Assembly: GCA_032718475.1 (NCBI GenBank)
Contig: JAUCBJ010007597.1
Span: 62,001 to 126,000 of the forward strand
Reading direction: 5' to 3'
DNA from: Nemertoderma westbladi
Taxonomy: Eukaryota; Animalia; Xenacoelomorpha
Length of the DNA stretch: 64,000 bases
Numbering within the stretch: position 1 is the first letter of the stretch; the number at the start of each line of letters is the position of its first letter. The position numbers were made by a program, and so were the translations under genes. Of the stretch, positions 1-12,540 are shown one piece after another. Below the pieces are notes generated by a model. That model saw only the letters and a list, made by a program, of their open reading frames with translations, was not told where the DNA came from and ran no database searches.

Positions 1-639
1 ACGCGCCACACGACGTCATCCCGCCATCCGCCAACATTTATACCGGTACGGTAAGCCTACCACCTACCGGTTGGCTACCATCGCACCGTAGGTCTACCGC
101 CTACGGTAGGGTACGTACCGTACAGCGGTACTCAAAGTCGTACCGGTATTGTCGTAATTGACAAATGCAGGATTAAACTGTAACCCGTTCCGGTACCGGT
201 ACCATATGCATCTGAACGACTGGACGGTTAATCTCATAGCATAGCTGCATAGGCCTACCTGTAGTTAGTGCAAAGTCGCCTGCGAACATGGCGAAATATT
301 ATATATAAGCCAGGCATAGCCTACCCTGCTACCTGATGGATAATAATAAACTGAAATGCTATGCCAGTCTGCCAGTCCAATGCAGTCAGAAGTACCAGTA
401 CTTGGTACTGCCAGTTTGCTGCTATGCCAGTATGCTAGCAGGTAGTGCATAGTGCTAAGATTGTCTACCGGTACAGATGAACTACAGGCAGACAATCAGA
501 CAATACTAGCAGTCTAGGGCCTACAGGACTGCAGTACCGGTACTGCAGTATTGGTAATTGCTAATGCTAATTAATTACCTTAATTAAATCTTCAATTAGG
601 TCATAATGTAGGTCCAAATTTAAAAATCGGCCTCCGTTA

Positions 640-926
640 ATCGATTTAGAAATAATTCAGGTACCTCCATGCCAAATATCAGAATCATTCATTGCATTCC
701 CTATGACAAGATAGCTTTTTCCTAAACCATGCGAAAACACGCAAATATAGCGCTCACATCGCACAAATACCATCTCGACACCCAATTTTTTGTATGAGCC
801 TTCGCCATCCCTATATCTAACTTTTGTCCAAATTTTATTTCGATTGATTAATAAATAACTGAGATATCGCTCTGGACACACACACACACACACACACACA
901 CTAACACACACACACACACACATTAC
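640..926. mobile_element. Left part of a non-autonomous Helitron/Helentron-like (DINE/HINE-type) element with a (CA)n tract, split by the TIR element at 927-15523
   Basis: (CA)n at 876-922 stops at the TIR and resumes at 15524. The far side (15524-15705) has a short GC hairpin (GAAGG-TGGGG-CCTTC) and CTAG at 15702-15705. Left boundary is approximate. Confidence 0.4.
876..922. repeat. (CA)n microsatellite; second half at 15524-15550
   Basis: Read directly. Confidence 0.95.
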
Positions 927-1344
927 GGGTGAAAGGTGTAAATCGGGGACATCCGTTTGTTACAAACAAACCGAGACCACCTTTCAAATTCATTATTTTT
1001 TGACAATATACTTTTGAAAATATTATATTCTTGATCGCAATAAAATTTCCTACCTACCCTATATCCTTTGATTGACCCAATCACCGTTTTTCCAAACACG
1101 CACTTCAGCTTAAAACCGGGGACTCACCACGTTGGAGGGAATACACAGATGTGTATAATTGTGTTAAATCTTGGTATGATATAAACAATACAAAACGGGA
1201 CATTTGACATTTGACAGGCATATTTCATTACTCAAATAAGATATCCATCCCTGAATATTACCAAAGCCTCATTACTATTATTCAGCATGATCTTGAAAAT
1301 ATTATTTACATTATTGTCATAATTTAAAGCTATGATTGCAGTTT

Positions 1345-1800
1345 TTCTGCAAACCCGCGGTTGTACATACAATTCGGGGACATATTGTATTTCGTTCAAT
1401 GATTCACGCAGATAGTGGCGGATATTGACCGCAACGCCTTCTTGAGCTGGAGCTGGAGCTATGGTATAGTATATTTCGATGCTAGTTTTAGCAGGTCTGG
1501 ATAACTTTACTCCCATCCATATTTTGCCAGTGTGCCTTTTGGCTGATATTTATTATGATATCGAAAACATTTATTTCATTTGTCAAATTTTAAGGCTATT
1601 ATTACAGTGCAAACCCGCGGATGTGCATAAAATTCGGGGACATATTGTATTAGGTTCAATGCATTCACCATAGCAGCAATACGCCTTTTTGAGTGCTGGT
1701 ATTCTGTATTTCAATGCGTGTTGTAGCAGCTTTGGATAATATTCGCCACCCTCCATATTTTACCGGCGTCTTTTAATTAATAATATGATATCGATATAAT
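1345..1800. repeat. Diverged ~260-bp tandem duplication in the left subterminal region
   Basis: TGCAAACCCGCGG...AATTCGGGGACATATTGTATT occurs at about 1348 and 1608, with further similarity downstream. Confidence 0.7.
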
Positions 1801-2340
1801 TATTTACATCTAAATGTTTTACCACAAATAAGTTTATAAATAGCACATACGGCCAGTGTAAAAGATCTATCCGACAAATTGGAAAAAAAACGCTTTCTGT
1901 GAATCCTATATAAAGTTTTTATTTTTTTCTGGCAACAACCTATAAACTAGAAAGACTGCTTCTGTTTGGTCGTCCAATGGAAAGATATAAGTAGTAATGT
2001 ACTAATGTACAATAATACTAATTTCTACTATATATAATAAATAGATTTAAAAAATAAGTAGAGAGGTTGGAGAATATTTAAAGGATCACATTGTTAGCTA
2101 TCGATATTTTATTTTCGGGCGTGTAGCAGTTTGTTAACGAGGGGCTATTTTAATTTCGAGTGTTGCTCAAGACTAACCCTCGCGTAAAAACCTGGCTCTT
2201 TCCAGAGTTTAGGGAATTTTAGATTCTTTTGCTATTTATACTAAATTAGAATTTAATTAGAAAATTAGAATTACATTAGAATTTTAGATTCTATTACACT
2301 AATGTACTACTCATTAAAGATCCTGACAATAGGCCTACGA

Positions 2341-4260
2341 CCTTTTTTAACGTTAATTAGCAAGTCGTAGGACTTGATTACTGTAAGAATTGTTCGCTGA
2401 TTGACTGACTGACTGACTGACTGACTGACTGACTGACTGACTGACTGACTGACTGACTGACTGACTGACTGACTGACTGACTGACTGACTGACTGACTGA
2501 CTGACTGACTGACTGACTGACTGACTGACTGACTGACTGACTGACTGACTGACTGACTGACTGACTGACTGACTGACTGACTGACTGACTGACTGACTGA
2601 CTGACTGACTGACTGACTGACTGACTGACTGACTGACTGACTGACTGACTGACTGACTGACTGACTGACTGACTGACTGACTGACTGACTGACTGACTGA
2701 CTGACTGACTGACTGACTGACTGACTGACTGACTGACTGACTGACTGACTGACTGACTGACTGACTGACTGACTGACTGACTGACTGACTGACTGACTGA
2801 CTGACTGACTGACTGACTGACTGACTGACTGACTGACTGACTGACTGACTGACTGACTGACTGACTGACTGACTGACTGACTGACTGACTGACTGACTGA
2901 CTGACTGACTGACTGACTGACTGACTGACTGACTGACTGACTGACTGACTGACTGACTGACTGACTGACTGACTGACTGACTGACTGACTGACTGACTGA
3001 CTGACTGACTGACTGACTGACTGACTGACTGACTGACTGACTGACTGACTGACTGACTGACTGACTGACTGACTGACTGACTGACTGACTGACTGACTGA
3101 CTGACTGACTGACTGACTGACTGACTGACTGACTGACTGACTGACTGACTGACTGACTGACTGACTGACTGACTGACTGACTGACTGACTGACTGACTGA
3201 CTGACTGACTGACTGACTGACTGACTGACTGACTGACTGACTGACTGACTGACTGACTGACTGACTGACTGACTGACTGACTGACTGACTGACTGACTGA
3301 CTGACTGACTGACTGACTGACTGACTGACTGACTGACTGACTGACTGACTGACTGACTGACTGACTGACTGACTGACTGACTGACTGACTGACTGACTGA
3401 CTGACTGACTGACTGACTGACTGACTGACTGACTGACTGACTGACTGACTGACTGACTGACTGACTGACTGACTGACTGACTGACTGACTGACTGACTGA
3501 CTGACTGACTGACTGACTGACTGACTGACTGACTGACTGACTGACTGACTGACTGACTGACTGACTGACTGACTGACTGACTGACTGACTGACTGACTGA
3601 CTGACTGACTGACTGACTGACTGACTGACTGACTGACTGACTGACTGACTGACTGACTGACTGACTGACTGACTGACTGACTGACTGACTGACTGACTGA
3701 CTGACTGACTGACTGACTGACTGACTGACTGACTGACTGACTGACTGACTGACTGACTGACTGACTGACTGACTGACTGACTGACTGACTGACTGACTGA
3801 CTGACTGACTGACTGACTGACTGACTGACTGACTGACTGACTGACTGACTGACTGACTGACTGACTGACTGACTGACTGACTGACTGACTGACTGACTGA
3901 CTGACTGACTGACTGACTGACTGACTGACTGACTGACTGACTGACTGACTGACTGACTGACTGACTGACTGACTGACTGACTGACTGACTGACTGACTGA
4001 CTGACTGACTGACTGACTGACTGACTGACTGACTGACTGACTGACTGACTGACTGACTGACTGACTGACTGACTGACTGACTGACTGACTGACTGACTGA
4101 CTGACTGATTTTGATAACGAGACGATTTTGATGAAATTTTCACAGCAGCTAGATACCGCGATTCTAAGGTCCCTGGCATGATCGGCTACGCCGTCCATAG
4201 CCTCTGGGCTCGAAAAATAGAGATAAACGAAAAAACGCCATAGGCGCAATGGTAAAATAA
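2341..4260 (+). mobile_element. HINE/DINE-like non-autonomous element hosting the GACT expansion
   Basis: T-run, hairpin CAAGTC-GTAG-GACTTG (2361-2376), then the microsatellite, then GATTTTGATGAAATTT, the usual layout of such elements. Right boundary is approximate. Confidence 0.5.
2402..4108. repeat. Perfect (GACT)n tetranucleotide tract, ~1.7 kb (~427 units)
   Basis: No interruption seen. Confidence 0.99.
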
Positions 4261-4604
4261 CACCAATGACAGCTTGTTGATGGAATTTACATTTGATTGA
4301 TGACTTGCGACTTGCTTAACGGCGTCTTGACGCCGTCTTTAGTATACATTATTAACATTAATATAACATTAATATACGTCATAATTTAACAATGATCAGT
4401 GATAATCATCCCTGATTCCTTATTTAGTACATAAGCAAATTGTCTAACTGACCATCCGACAATTATGCATTTATATTTTATGTTAAATTTTATTTTTTTG
4501 AAAATTACTTTTTGGTTCCTAGTCAGAATCATTATATTGTACCAGTAAGCCTACTGGCAGTACTGTAGGGAAAATGGTTCAATTCAATCGGCGACAATTC
4601 CATC

Positions 4605-4723
4605 GTTATCTCAATTTATATCCTTAACAACAACGTCAGAACAACAACTCTTTTCATCCACACGGCGGGGACGCGTACTTAACCAATACCGGATAAACCG
4701 GGATCCTCTCGGATCCCGTCACA
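4605..4723 (+). repeat. Truncated 5' LTR (last 119 bp)
   Basis: 119-bp direct repeat of 10747-10865, ending ...CCCGTCACA. Confidence 0.93.
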
Positions 4724-4732
4724 GTCCTAACT
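4724..4732 (+). promoter_or_regulatory. Non-tRNA primer-binding site GTCCTAACT (complement AGTTAGGAC at 10660-10668 in the LTR)
   Basis: Abuts the LTR end and lacks TGG. Perfect 9-bp complement lies inside the LTR; the same arrangement occurs with different 9-mers in copies 2 and 3. Confidence 0.75.
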
Positions 4733-4770
4733 CTAGGCCTGCCGAACTGTAACACAGACCAAAGACGGAG

Positions 4771-7700
4771 ATGAGTCGAGAGATAGGAACGACACCGCCG
4801 CGGACCCCGGACGACGATCTAACGATCCGCGAGGCCACGGCGAGACGATACGAACCCACGACGCCAGTCGATGCTACGCCGACCACGTCGACGCCGGTTG
4901 ACGCCACGTCGATAACGAGCAACCTGGCGAACCAAGATGTGGGGGGTCGTCTACCAGGAGAGAGCGAGTCGAGTAGAGGAGGAGAACGAAAAGACGAGTC
5001 GACGCGGAGCGAGGGTCGACATACCGATGTCACCGGTCAGCCACAGGCCGAGGACGACGGACGGTCCACCGGAACGGCAACGGTGGGGCCGTCGGTACGA
5101 CGTCGGACCCGGAGAGACAGAGGAGAGGTCGGCGACGAGGACGTCGGGGTTTCTGATCGACTTCGACGGGCCTACAACGCGACCCGGGAACTACTAAAGG
5201 AGGCCAAGGAGGGGGCGAAGATAGACGAGGTGAGACTGAGAAAGCGACTAGGTGAGTCGAACAGATACTTTGATCACCTAGTGTGTTCTGGACAGAGAGA
5301 ACTAGCAGAGTTGAGGGCGAGAGGAGTTGTCAACGAACTGGTTGAACTATGGGAATGTAGGGGTATGCAGCCTAGTGTAGTGTACATAGGGCCATACTTA
5401 GTCGATGCCCGGGGAGTAAAATTAGTGGGTTGGAAGAGACCGCAGGAGGGCGAATCCGAGGTTAACTCCGAGGATTCGGTCTCGTCGGTCGGAGGAAGTT
5501 CCGGGAGGCGGGGGAGAGTTAGTAGGACAGAGGGGGGGGTGGGAGTCCGTCGCAACCGATAAGTCTGCTACATCCTCCGCAAAAGAAAGAAGGGTGCGGG
5601 AGATAAATCTGGCGTATGATTTAGAAAGGGCGGCGGCAAAGCAGAAAAGCTTAGAGCGGCAACTGAGGGATAAAACCGCCGTCTTAAAGGTGTTAAGAGA
5701 GTTGGAGTTAAGAGAGTATAGAAAGAGAGTCGAGGAGTGTAAGAGAGTCGAGGAGTGTGTAGAGCGGAAGATGAGAGTAGGGGACGAGCCGGCGACGTGG
5801 CTTGAGATAATTGCGAGAGTTGAGTCGGGCGAGCAGAATATGCGAAAGAGAAAGATAGAGGGTAAGCGTGAGCGGGATGATTTGCGTGCCCGGCTAGGGA
5901 GGCTTGCGCAATATCAAGCCAAACTAGAGCAGCGCCGACTAGAACTGGCGCGGTTGGAAATATCAGAGAGGGAGCCCCCACTTACAAGCACCGAGCGAGA
6001 GAACCAGAACTGGTGTAGCCGTACGGGCGAGGGGGGTAGTAGTAGTACGTTAGGAAATGTTAATATTAATAGTACCGTAGTAGATAACCCTAATCCCTTT
6101 ATTGCAGCAAATAATATTTTACCTGGTAGTAATAATTCTAATTTAAATAATTCAAATCTCGTTTCAAATTCTAATAATTTAATTGATTTAACAAATAATA
6201 TTGGGAATGGTGCTATTAATATGAGCGTGTCGGACGTACATAACCCGGCAGACGGTGGCCTGGTAGGCCACGTAGTTAGTAGGCAGGAGGTGGCAGGGTT
6301 GAGCCAACCCGACGGCGGCCTGGTAGGCCACGTAGTTGGTAGGCAGGGGGTAGCGGGGTTGAGCCAACCCGAAGTGGGCCTGGTGGGCCACGCAGTAGTA
6401 GAGAGAGAGGCGGGGGTGAATAGACCCAGCCGTAGTGGAGACAGTGCGTCGACTAGAGAGGGGTGTAGAGTCGAAGTAAGAGATATTGAAGTTAGATGTG
6501 ACGGGTGGGGGGGGGCTACGGGCGCCCCACCACATAAGATTAGTGGCGAGAGAGGGGGGGCAGAGAATGCCCCACAAGACGGGTATAGAGGTGTAGTGAG
6601 AAGTAGTGAAGTTAGAAGTGGCGGGTGGGGGGGGGGCTACGGACACCTCACCGCGAGAAGTTAGTAGAGAGAGAGGGGGGGCAGAGAGTGTCCCACAGCC
6701 GTCGGCGGATAATGCGCGGGCCGAATCAGGTAAACCGCAACACCCGGCGACGGAGAGTAATAGGGGGATTGCGAGTACCCCCAGCGGCGTGCGATCGAGC
6801 AGAGAGAGGCAGGTTGACGTCGCGAGAGGGCAGGCGAAGCGTCGAGCCCGACCAGAAGAGAGAAGAAGAACAGTGGAGTTTAACCGGGAGGTCGACGAGA
6901 GATCTCACGAGCCGGAATACTACACAGAAAAGAGAAGAAGAGAAGATAGTAGAAGAAGTGTCGCCACGAACGATAGCAGTGCGAGGACGGATAACGGACC
7001 GTCGACAGTAGAAATGGAGTCAGGGAGCCAGTGGGGTCGAACTTCGGGAGATTGCCGTCGCCCCGGAGAAACGCACCGCACACCAAGAGAGGGGTACAGG
7101 AGGTACCAATACGAAGACGAGAGCAGGATAGGGGATCGAAGGGAAACTTCCCGACGTGATATAGCTGCCGATCGAGAGTACGGTAGTCGCGGGGAGATTC
7201 GAGATTCGCGAAGAATAAACTTCGGTTCGGAAGGGCACATGCAGACTGCAGGACATACTGTAGGCCTTACTGCACATACTATTATAGGCCATGCTGGGAG
7301 AGATAGAGTAGGCGATAGGGTAGCGCGAACGACGGGATTAAACCCGGAAGTCGCGGAGTACATACCGGTAGGTAGGCGAGAGGTAGGTAGGCCTATATCG
7401 GTACAGCAGCATGACTATAATACACAGGGACATAACATATATCCAGGGGAGGGGGGAGTTATTGGAGATAGACGTATGGGCCCCAATGTATTAACATCAA
7501 CCCCAGTACCAAACATACCGGCTGGGGGGGGGACAGGGTGACATTCCCCCATCACAATATCGACAATATACCCCGATAGGAGCAAGAATATCGAACTCCC
7601 TGGACGAGAGCAGGTCGTGCGGACAGTCACCACCACACGCGGCCATACAGGGGACTGCTAGTCCACAGTTAGCTGGTAGCAGGGCCACACCGTGGCAGGG

Positions 7701-8391
7701 ACAGAAAGAAAATAACACCGTAAATAAAAACAATCCCAATATACCCAGTAGGCCGAGTCTAGACAACCAAAACATTAAATCGGTACATATAAACCTAAGC
7801 GCGATACGTGAAGGACTATACAGGAAACGCTATAATCCAGGATTCCAATGTCAATTACATCGGGACGGAACCCATAAGACCAGGAGTTGCAAGTATTGGC
7901 AAGCGTTGCCCAAACGAGATCGTGCAGCCTACACAGACGCAAACGGACTATGTCATCGATGTGTGGTAAAAGGACACAGATCTGGAGAGTGTTGGAAAGG
8001 GAGAGGATGTGAAAGGACTAGACCAGGGGCAGAGAAGCCCATGAGCAAACATAAGGGAGTCGGGAAAGTAGAAGGAGGCGTGTTGCATACACACGCAGGA
8101 CGGACACAGTGCGAGGGGGCATTGCACGGGCATACACCGCGTATACCGAGGGACGAGCGGGGGTCGTCGAGGGCCTTAATGCCAGCGCACATACGAAGGG
8201 GGAGGCCAGCAAAGGTAGCACCGAAGAGAGTGTGGCGAAGAGTTAGAGGACGTATAGGAGGGCAGCAGGAGAGTGCCTACCGGAAGAAGGGGCACGTGAG
8301 AGTTTTTAGTCGTCCAAAGTTTTGGACTGAGGGGGGTGGGAATGAGGGCGAGACGCCCTTCCCACGCACAAAATATAAAATAATTATTTAA
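4771..8391 (+). pseudogene. gag: Disrupted BEL/Pao-like gag: N-terminal EDSVSSVG/Ser-rich segment, coiled coil, long low-complexity middle, C-terminal Zn knuckles
   Basis: ORFs 4771-5562, 5594-6664 and 6606-7541 join through frameshifts at G-runs (~5535, ~6630). After one in-frame TGA (7539-7541) the frame runs to 8391 and encodes CQLHRDGTHKTRSC and LCHRCVVKGHRSGEC. Homologous to 50252-52033. Confidence 0.75.
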
Positions 8392-8419
8392 TTAAAATAA
8401 GAAAATAATTAAATAATAG

Positions 8420-9900
8420 AGTAGGTAGAAGTTAGGTAGTAAGAGTTAGTTAGTTAGTTAGTTAGTTAAAGGGTGGTACGTAGTACCGTTAGTAGAAGAG
8501 TTAGTAGGAGGGTACGTGTAGTACCGTTAGTAGAAGAGTTAGTAGAACGGTACGTGTAGTACCGTTAGTAGAAGAGTTAGTAGGAGGGTACGTGTAGTAC
8601 CGTTAGTAGAAGAGAGTTAGAGGGTACGTAAGTACCGCTAGTTGGTAGAGTTAGAGGGTACGTAAGTACCGCTAGGTAGTTAGAGTTAGAGGGTACGTAA
8701 GTACCGCTAGTTAGAGTAAGAGTTAGAGGGTACGTAGTACCGTTAGAGAGTAGGAGTTAAGGGGTACGTAGTACCGTTAGAGAGTTAGTAAGAGTAAGAG
8801 GGTACGTAGTACCGCTAGCTAGTAGAGAGAGCTAGGAGTAGTAAGAGGGTACGTAGTACCGCTAGTTAGGGGTGTTAGTAGTAGCAGTAGAGGGTTGTGG
8901 GCACCGTAAGCGCCACGTAGTTAGAGTTAGTAGGGAATGCGTTGAACTTAGTGGGGCACGGGCGTGATGACGTGTTTTATGTAAGAGCAGGGTATGTTAA
9001 TTAGGGTGGGTGCCGGGCACAAGAGGTGCCGGGCACAAAAAGAGTTAGTAGTAGAGTTAGTTGAGTTAGTAGTAGAGTTAGTTGAGTTAGTAGAGAGTTA
9101 GTAGAGTTAGTAGAGTTAGAAGGTGCCGGGCACAAGAGGTGCCGGGCACAAAAAGAGTTAGTAGTGTTAGAAGAGAGTTAGTAGAGTCAGTAGTAGTTCA
9201 CATAATTAACGTACCCACTCTGCCGGCACTCAGAGCGTCACGTGTAGGCGATGAGACGTAAAGGGGGAGTAGAGGAGTGGTAGAGACGGGCACATAGGGT
9301 GCCAGGTAGTAGAGTTAGAGATAGAGTAGAATAGTAGAGACGGGCACATAGGGTGCCAGGTAGTAGAGTTAGAGAGATAGAGTAGAGTGGTAGAGACGGG
9401 CACATAGGGTGCCAGGTAGTAGAGTTAGAGAGATAGAGTAGAGTAGTAGAGAGGGCACATAGGGTGCCAGGTAGTAGAGTTAGAGAGGTAGTAGTGTAGT
9501 AGAGAGGGCACATAGGGTGCCAGGTAGTAGAATAGAGTAGAGAGGGCACATAGGGTGCCAGGTAGTAGAGCTAGAGAGGTAGTTGAGTAGTAGAAGGGCA
9601 CATAGGGTGCCAGATAGTAGAGTGGTTGTGGGCACCGCAAGCGCCACGTAGTTAGAAGAGTGGAGTAGAGTTAGCAGAGCTAGTGGAGTAGAGTTAGTAG
9701 AGCTAGTTAGCAGAGTTGGTAGACTCGGAGGAGTCAACTAGAGTTAGTAGAAGTAGAAAGTTAGTAGGAGTTAGTTAGACTTAGTAGAGAGTTAGAGTCA
9801 GTAGAAAGTTAGAAGCTCTCAGTTAGAGCTAGAAGTAGTAAGAGTTAGTAGTTAGCAGAGTTAGTTAGATAGTTAGAGTTAGTAAGCAGTAGGTAGATAG
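8420..9900 (+). repeat. Array of short hairpin units separated by C-poor purine-rich linkers in the 3' internal region
   Basis: About 11 GGTAC-N3-5-GTACC (8475-8860), 7 GGCAC-ATAGG-GTGCC (9288-9611), 4 GTGCC-G-GGCAC, with AGAGTTAGT-type linkers. Confidence 0.85.
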
Positions 9901-10290
9901 TATGATAGCACAGGGGTAGCATTAGAGATTAAAGCCTTAGGGAGTGACAGAGAGTAGAGAGTAATAGTGCGGAGTGCGAAGAGAGCGTGGGCGCAATTCA
10001 AGTGTGGGGGAGGAGAAGTGAGAGGAAGAGTGTGGGATGAGGAGGTCCGGGGGTATGCGAGAGTTGGAGTAGAATGGTGAGAGTGTTGGGGAAACAAAAA
10101 TTGTGTGAGAGAAGCGCACGATCGGCCCGACACGAGACGCCAGAGGGTAGTGACATCATACCCATAGGGAGCGGCCTGGAAAGCCGACTCCGAAAAAATA
10201 GACCCACCCCACACCCGATAATAGATCGGGATCCAGCGGAATTGTAGCGCACTTGAGTTGGATGCTATCTTCTCACCGGGAAGATAGCAT

Positions 10291-10299
10291 GGGGGGGAG
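10291..10299 (+). promoter_or_regulatory. Polypurine tract
   Basis: GGGGGGGAG immediately before the LTR TG, preceded by hairpin ATGCTATCTTC-N7-GAAGATAGCAT (10262-10290). Confidence 0.85.
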
Positions 10300-10865
10300 T
10301 GTTACCTTATCCAATTCCGCTAACACAAACCCATAGAGTGAGCCATAAAGCGATATTGGGAGCACGAGGTTGATTACCAATCAACCTCGTGTCAGCCCAG
10401 TAAACGGGGACAATAGGCCCCAAAGGAGACACACACAATAAGGGTCAGGGGTTACTCCCCTGACAAGAGAGAGAATAGCTGGGGTGAACGGGAAACACAC
10501 CAGGGAAGGTGAAGGGGCGAGAAGTGGGATATTAGCCAATGGGGGGGCAAGGCATCGATTAGGTAGTAATATGGCCAACCGTGCAGTATATTACCTGTTG
10601 GTGCTCCCCTATTCAGTCAGTTATCTCAGTCGGTCAGTACAGTCAGGTAGTACGGTGACAGTTAGGACCGTCACCGCCGTCATCACATTACCGGTACCAG
10701 TGCAGCAGTATTCAGTGCTATCTGCTATTGTACCTATACGCTATATGTTATCTCAATTTATATCCTTAACAACAACGTCAGAACAACAACTCTTTTCATC
10801 CACACGGCGGGGACGCGTACTTAACCAATACCGGATAAACCGGGATCCTCTCGGATCCCGTCACA
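10300..10865 (+). repeat. Complete 3' LTR, 566 bp
   Basis: TGTTA...TCACA; CCAAT (~10537), TATA-like GTATATTA (~10586), TCAGT Inr-like cluster. Homologous to 52086-52667 and 60321-60775. Confidence 0.92.
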
Positions 10866-12173
10866 TTATTATTATAAAGAACGTCCTAGCCTGCGTTTAA
10901 GAAATATATTTAAATACAAAACAGGACGAACGCAAAGAGGCTTATAATGAATACGAGTACTGCGTTTATTATATTCCTATAAACCACCTGGCTTTGCATA
11001 TTGAACGTGCGATTGGAAATAAGTTCGTGCTACCCTTCCGTGGGTGGTAGATGTCGCGGTTATGTATTGGTGGTTGGGAAGGGTGGGGGGGGGGGGGTTA
11101 AAAGGGGTGAACACGTACTGTCCCGCTTTCTTTGATTGATTGGTGGTGTGGGTAAATTTCTCAAAACCTGATTTTGTGATACAGTCGCTCAATTTTAATT
11201 TGTATCTCATAACTGGGCCTCGTGCTGCGCGAAGGCCCCACGAACGTGTTGTATTGCTATCTCAGGTGAATGACAGATATCATAACATAAAATATACTAT
11301 CCATGGCATGGCTGTTGTGTAGGCTTCTGAAATAGTTTATTCCACAATGTATATGTCTGGTTATTTTTTAATTGAATTTTTGCAAAGTAGTAAAATTAAT
11401 GTTCTTAAAAATAATATTATTATTTTATATGTAACCTAGGAAATTAGCTACATTTTTTCGCTGCAGCTTTAAGAGTGTACATTAATTTAATATTATTTCA
11501 ATACCCATATTACTACATCGGCATAAGATGCGTTGGCGTTGTATCACACATCTCCACATATCACACATATCCACATAGATGTATCAACAGTTACTCGCAC
11601 AGTTTCGAAACTTCGCATAGTTATAACTGTATAAAGATCGTCAGTCTGCGTTTAGGAAAAATATTTTATAACAAAACAGGACAAGCGACGAGCGCAACGA
11701 GGCATATAATGAAGACGAGTACTGCGTTGACTAAATTATTATATAAACCACCTGGCTTCACATATTGATCGCATCCCTAGTTATTATTATTATAAAGAAC
11801 GTCCTAGCCTGCGTTTAAGAAATATATTTAAATACAAAACAGGACGAACGCAACGAGGCTTATAATGAATACGAGTACTGCGTTTATTATATTCCTATAA
11901 ACCACCTGGCTTTGCATATTGAACGTGCGATTGGAAATAAGTTCGTGCTACCCTTCCGTGGGTGGTAGATGTCGCGGTTATGTATTGGTGGTTGGGAAGG
12001 GTGGGGGGGGGGGGGGGGGGATTAAAAGGGGTGAACACGTACTGTCCCCCTTTCTTTGATTGATTGGTGGTGTGGGTAAATTTCTCAAAACCTGATTTTG
12101 TGATACAGTCGCTCAATTTTAATTTGTATCTCATAACTGGGCCTCGTGCTGCGCGAAGGCCCCACGAACGTGT
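10866..12173. repeat. ~385-bp direct duplication (10866-11250 and ~11784-12173) with a diverged partial third copy between
   Basis: Near-identical TTATTATTATAAAGAACGTCC...GAAGGCCCCACGAACGTGTT blocks; end motif resembles the reverse complement of 15680-15700. Confidence 0.9.
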
Positions 12174-12540
12174 TTTTAGGGTAATCTAGGCCTAGGCTCA
12201 TACTGGTACAGGTTGTACAGGCCTACAAAAGTAGTATAGTATAGTGTAGGCCAACAAAAACAAAATGTAACTACTGAACTATGAGTATGACTATTATTGA
12301 CTACAGACTACTGGTCTGCTGGCAGCTGGTACTATTAGATTAGGCTAATGCCCCATAATGCAGTAATGTATTAAATTATTGTAATGTATTATGTATTCAA
12401 ATTCAAGTTACCATATACTGATATACCATTCTCAGTCAGTCAGTTGTGTAATGAAGTACCGGTACTGGTAGAGTAGTAGGTACACTGCACCACTACTGCA
12501 CTATCCCATTTCTAAGTTAAATAGTAACCGTGTAATTCCA

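Larger units (their letters stand above)
4605..10865 (+). mobile_element. LTR retroelement copy 1: BEL/Pao-like Gag only, no pol, 5' LTR truncated
   Basis: 4605-4723 is identical to 10747-10865. Full 3' LTR TG...CA at 10300-10865, preceded by PPT GGGGGGGAG. Gag-like reading frame with Zn knuckles. Confidence 0.9.

Noticed and set aside
1-560. Clustered GTAC/CCGGTA/CAGTA/AGGCCT words as a regulatory array
   Set aside because: No period, and the same words are scattered through other spacers (12.2, 30.5-31.2, 63.6 kb), so this looks like a genome-wide compositional trait.
2353-4249. 608- and 623-aa (SQSV)n ORFs
   Set aside because: Translations of the GACT microsatellite; open in overlapping frames with no codon variation.
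4724-4745. Canonical tRNA primer-binding site
   Set aside because: No TGG within a few bases of the LTR end in any of the three copies.
4719-8221. Antisense and alternative-frame ORFs over gag (also over the RTE and piggyBac genes)
   Set aside because: Shadows of the real frames, with no motifs of their own.
8470-9611. Repeat-spacer array as CRISPR
   Set aside because: The spacers are low-complexity variants of each other and the array is inside an LTR element.
4605-10865. DIRS/Ngaro element with split repeats
   Set aside because: TG...CA LTR, PPT and no tyrosine recombinase fit a conventional LTR layout.
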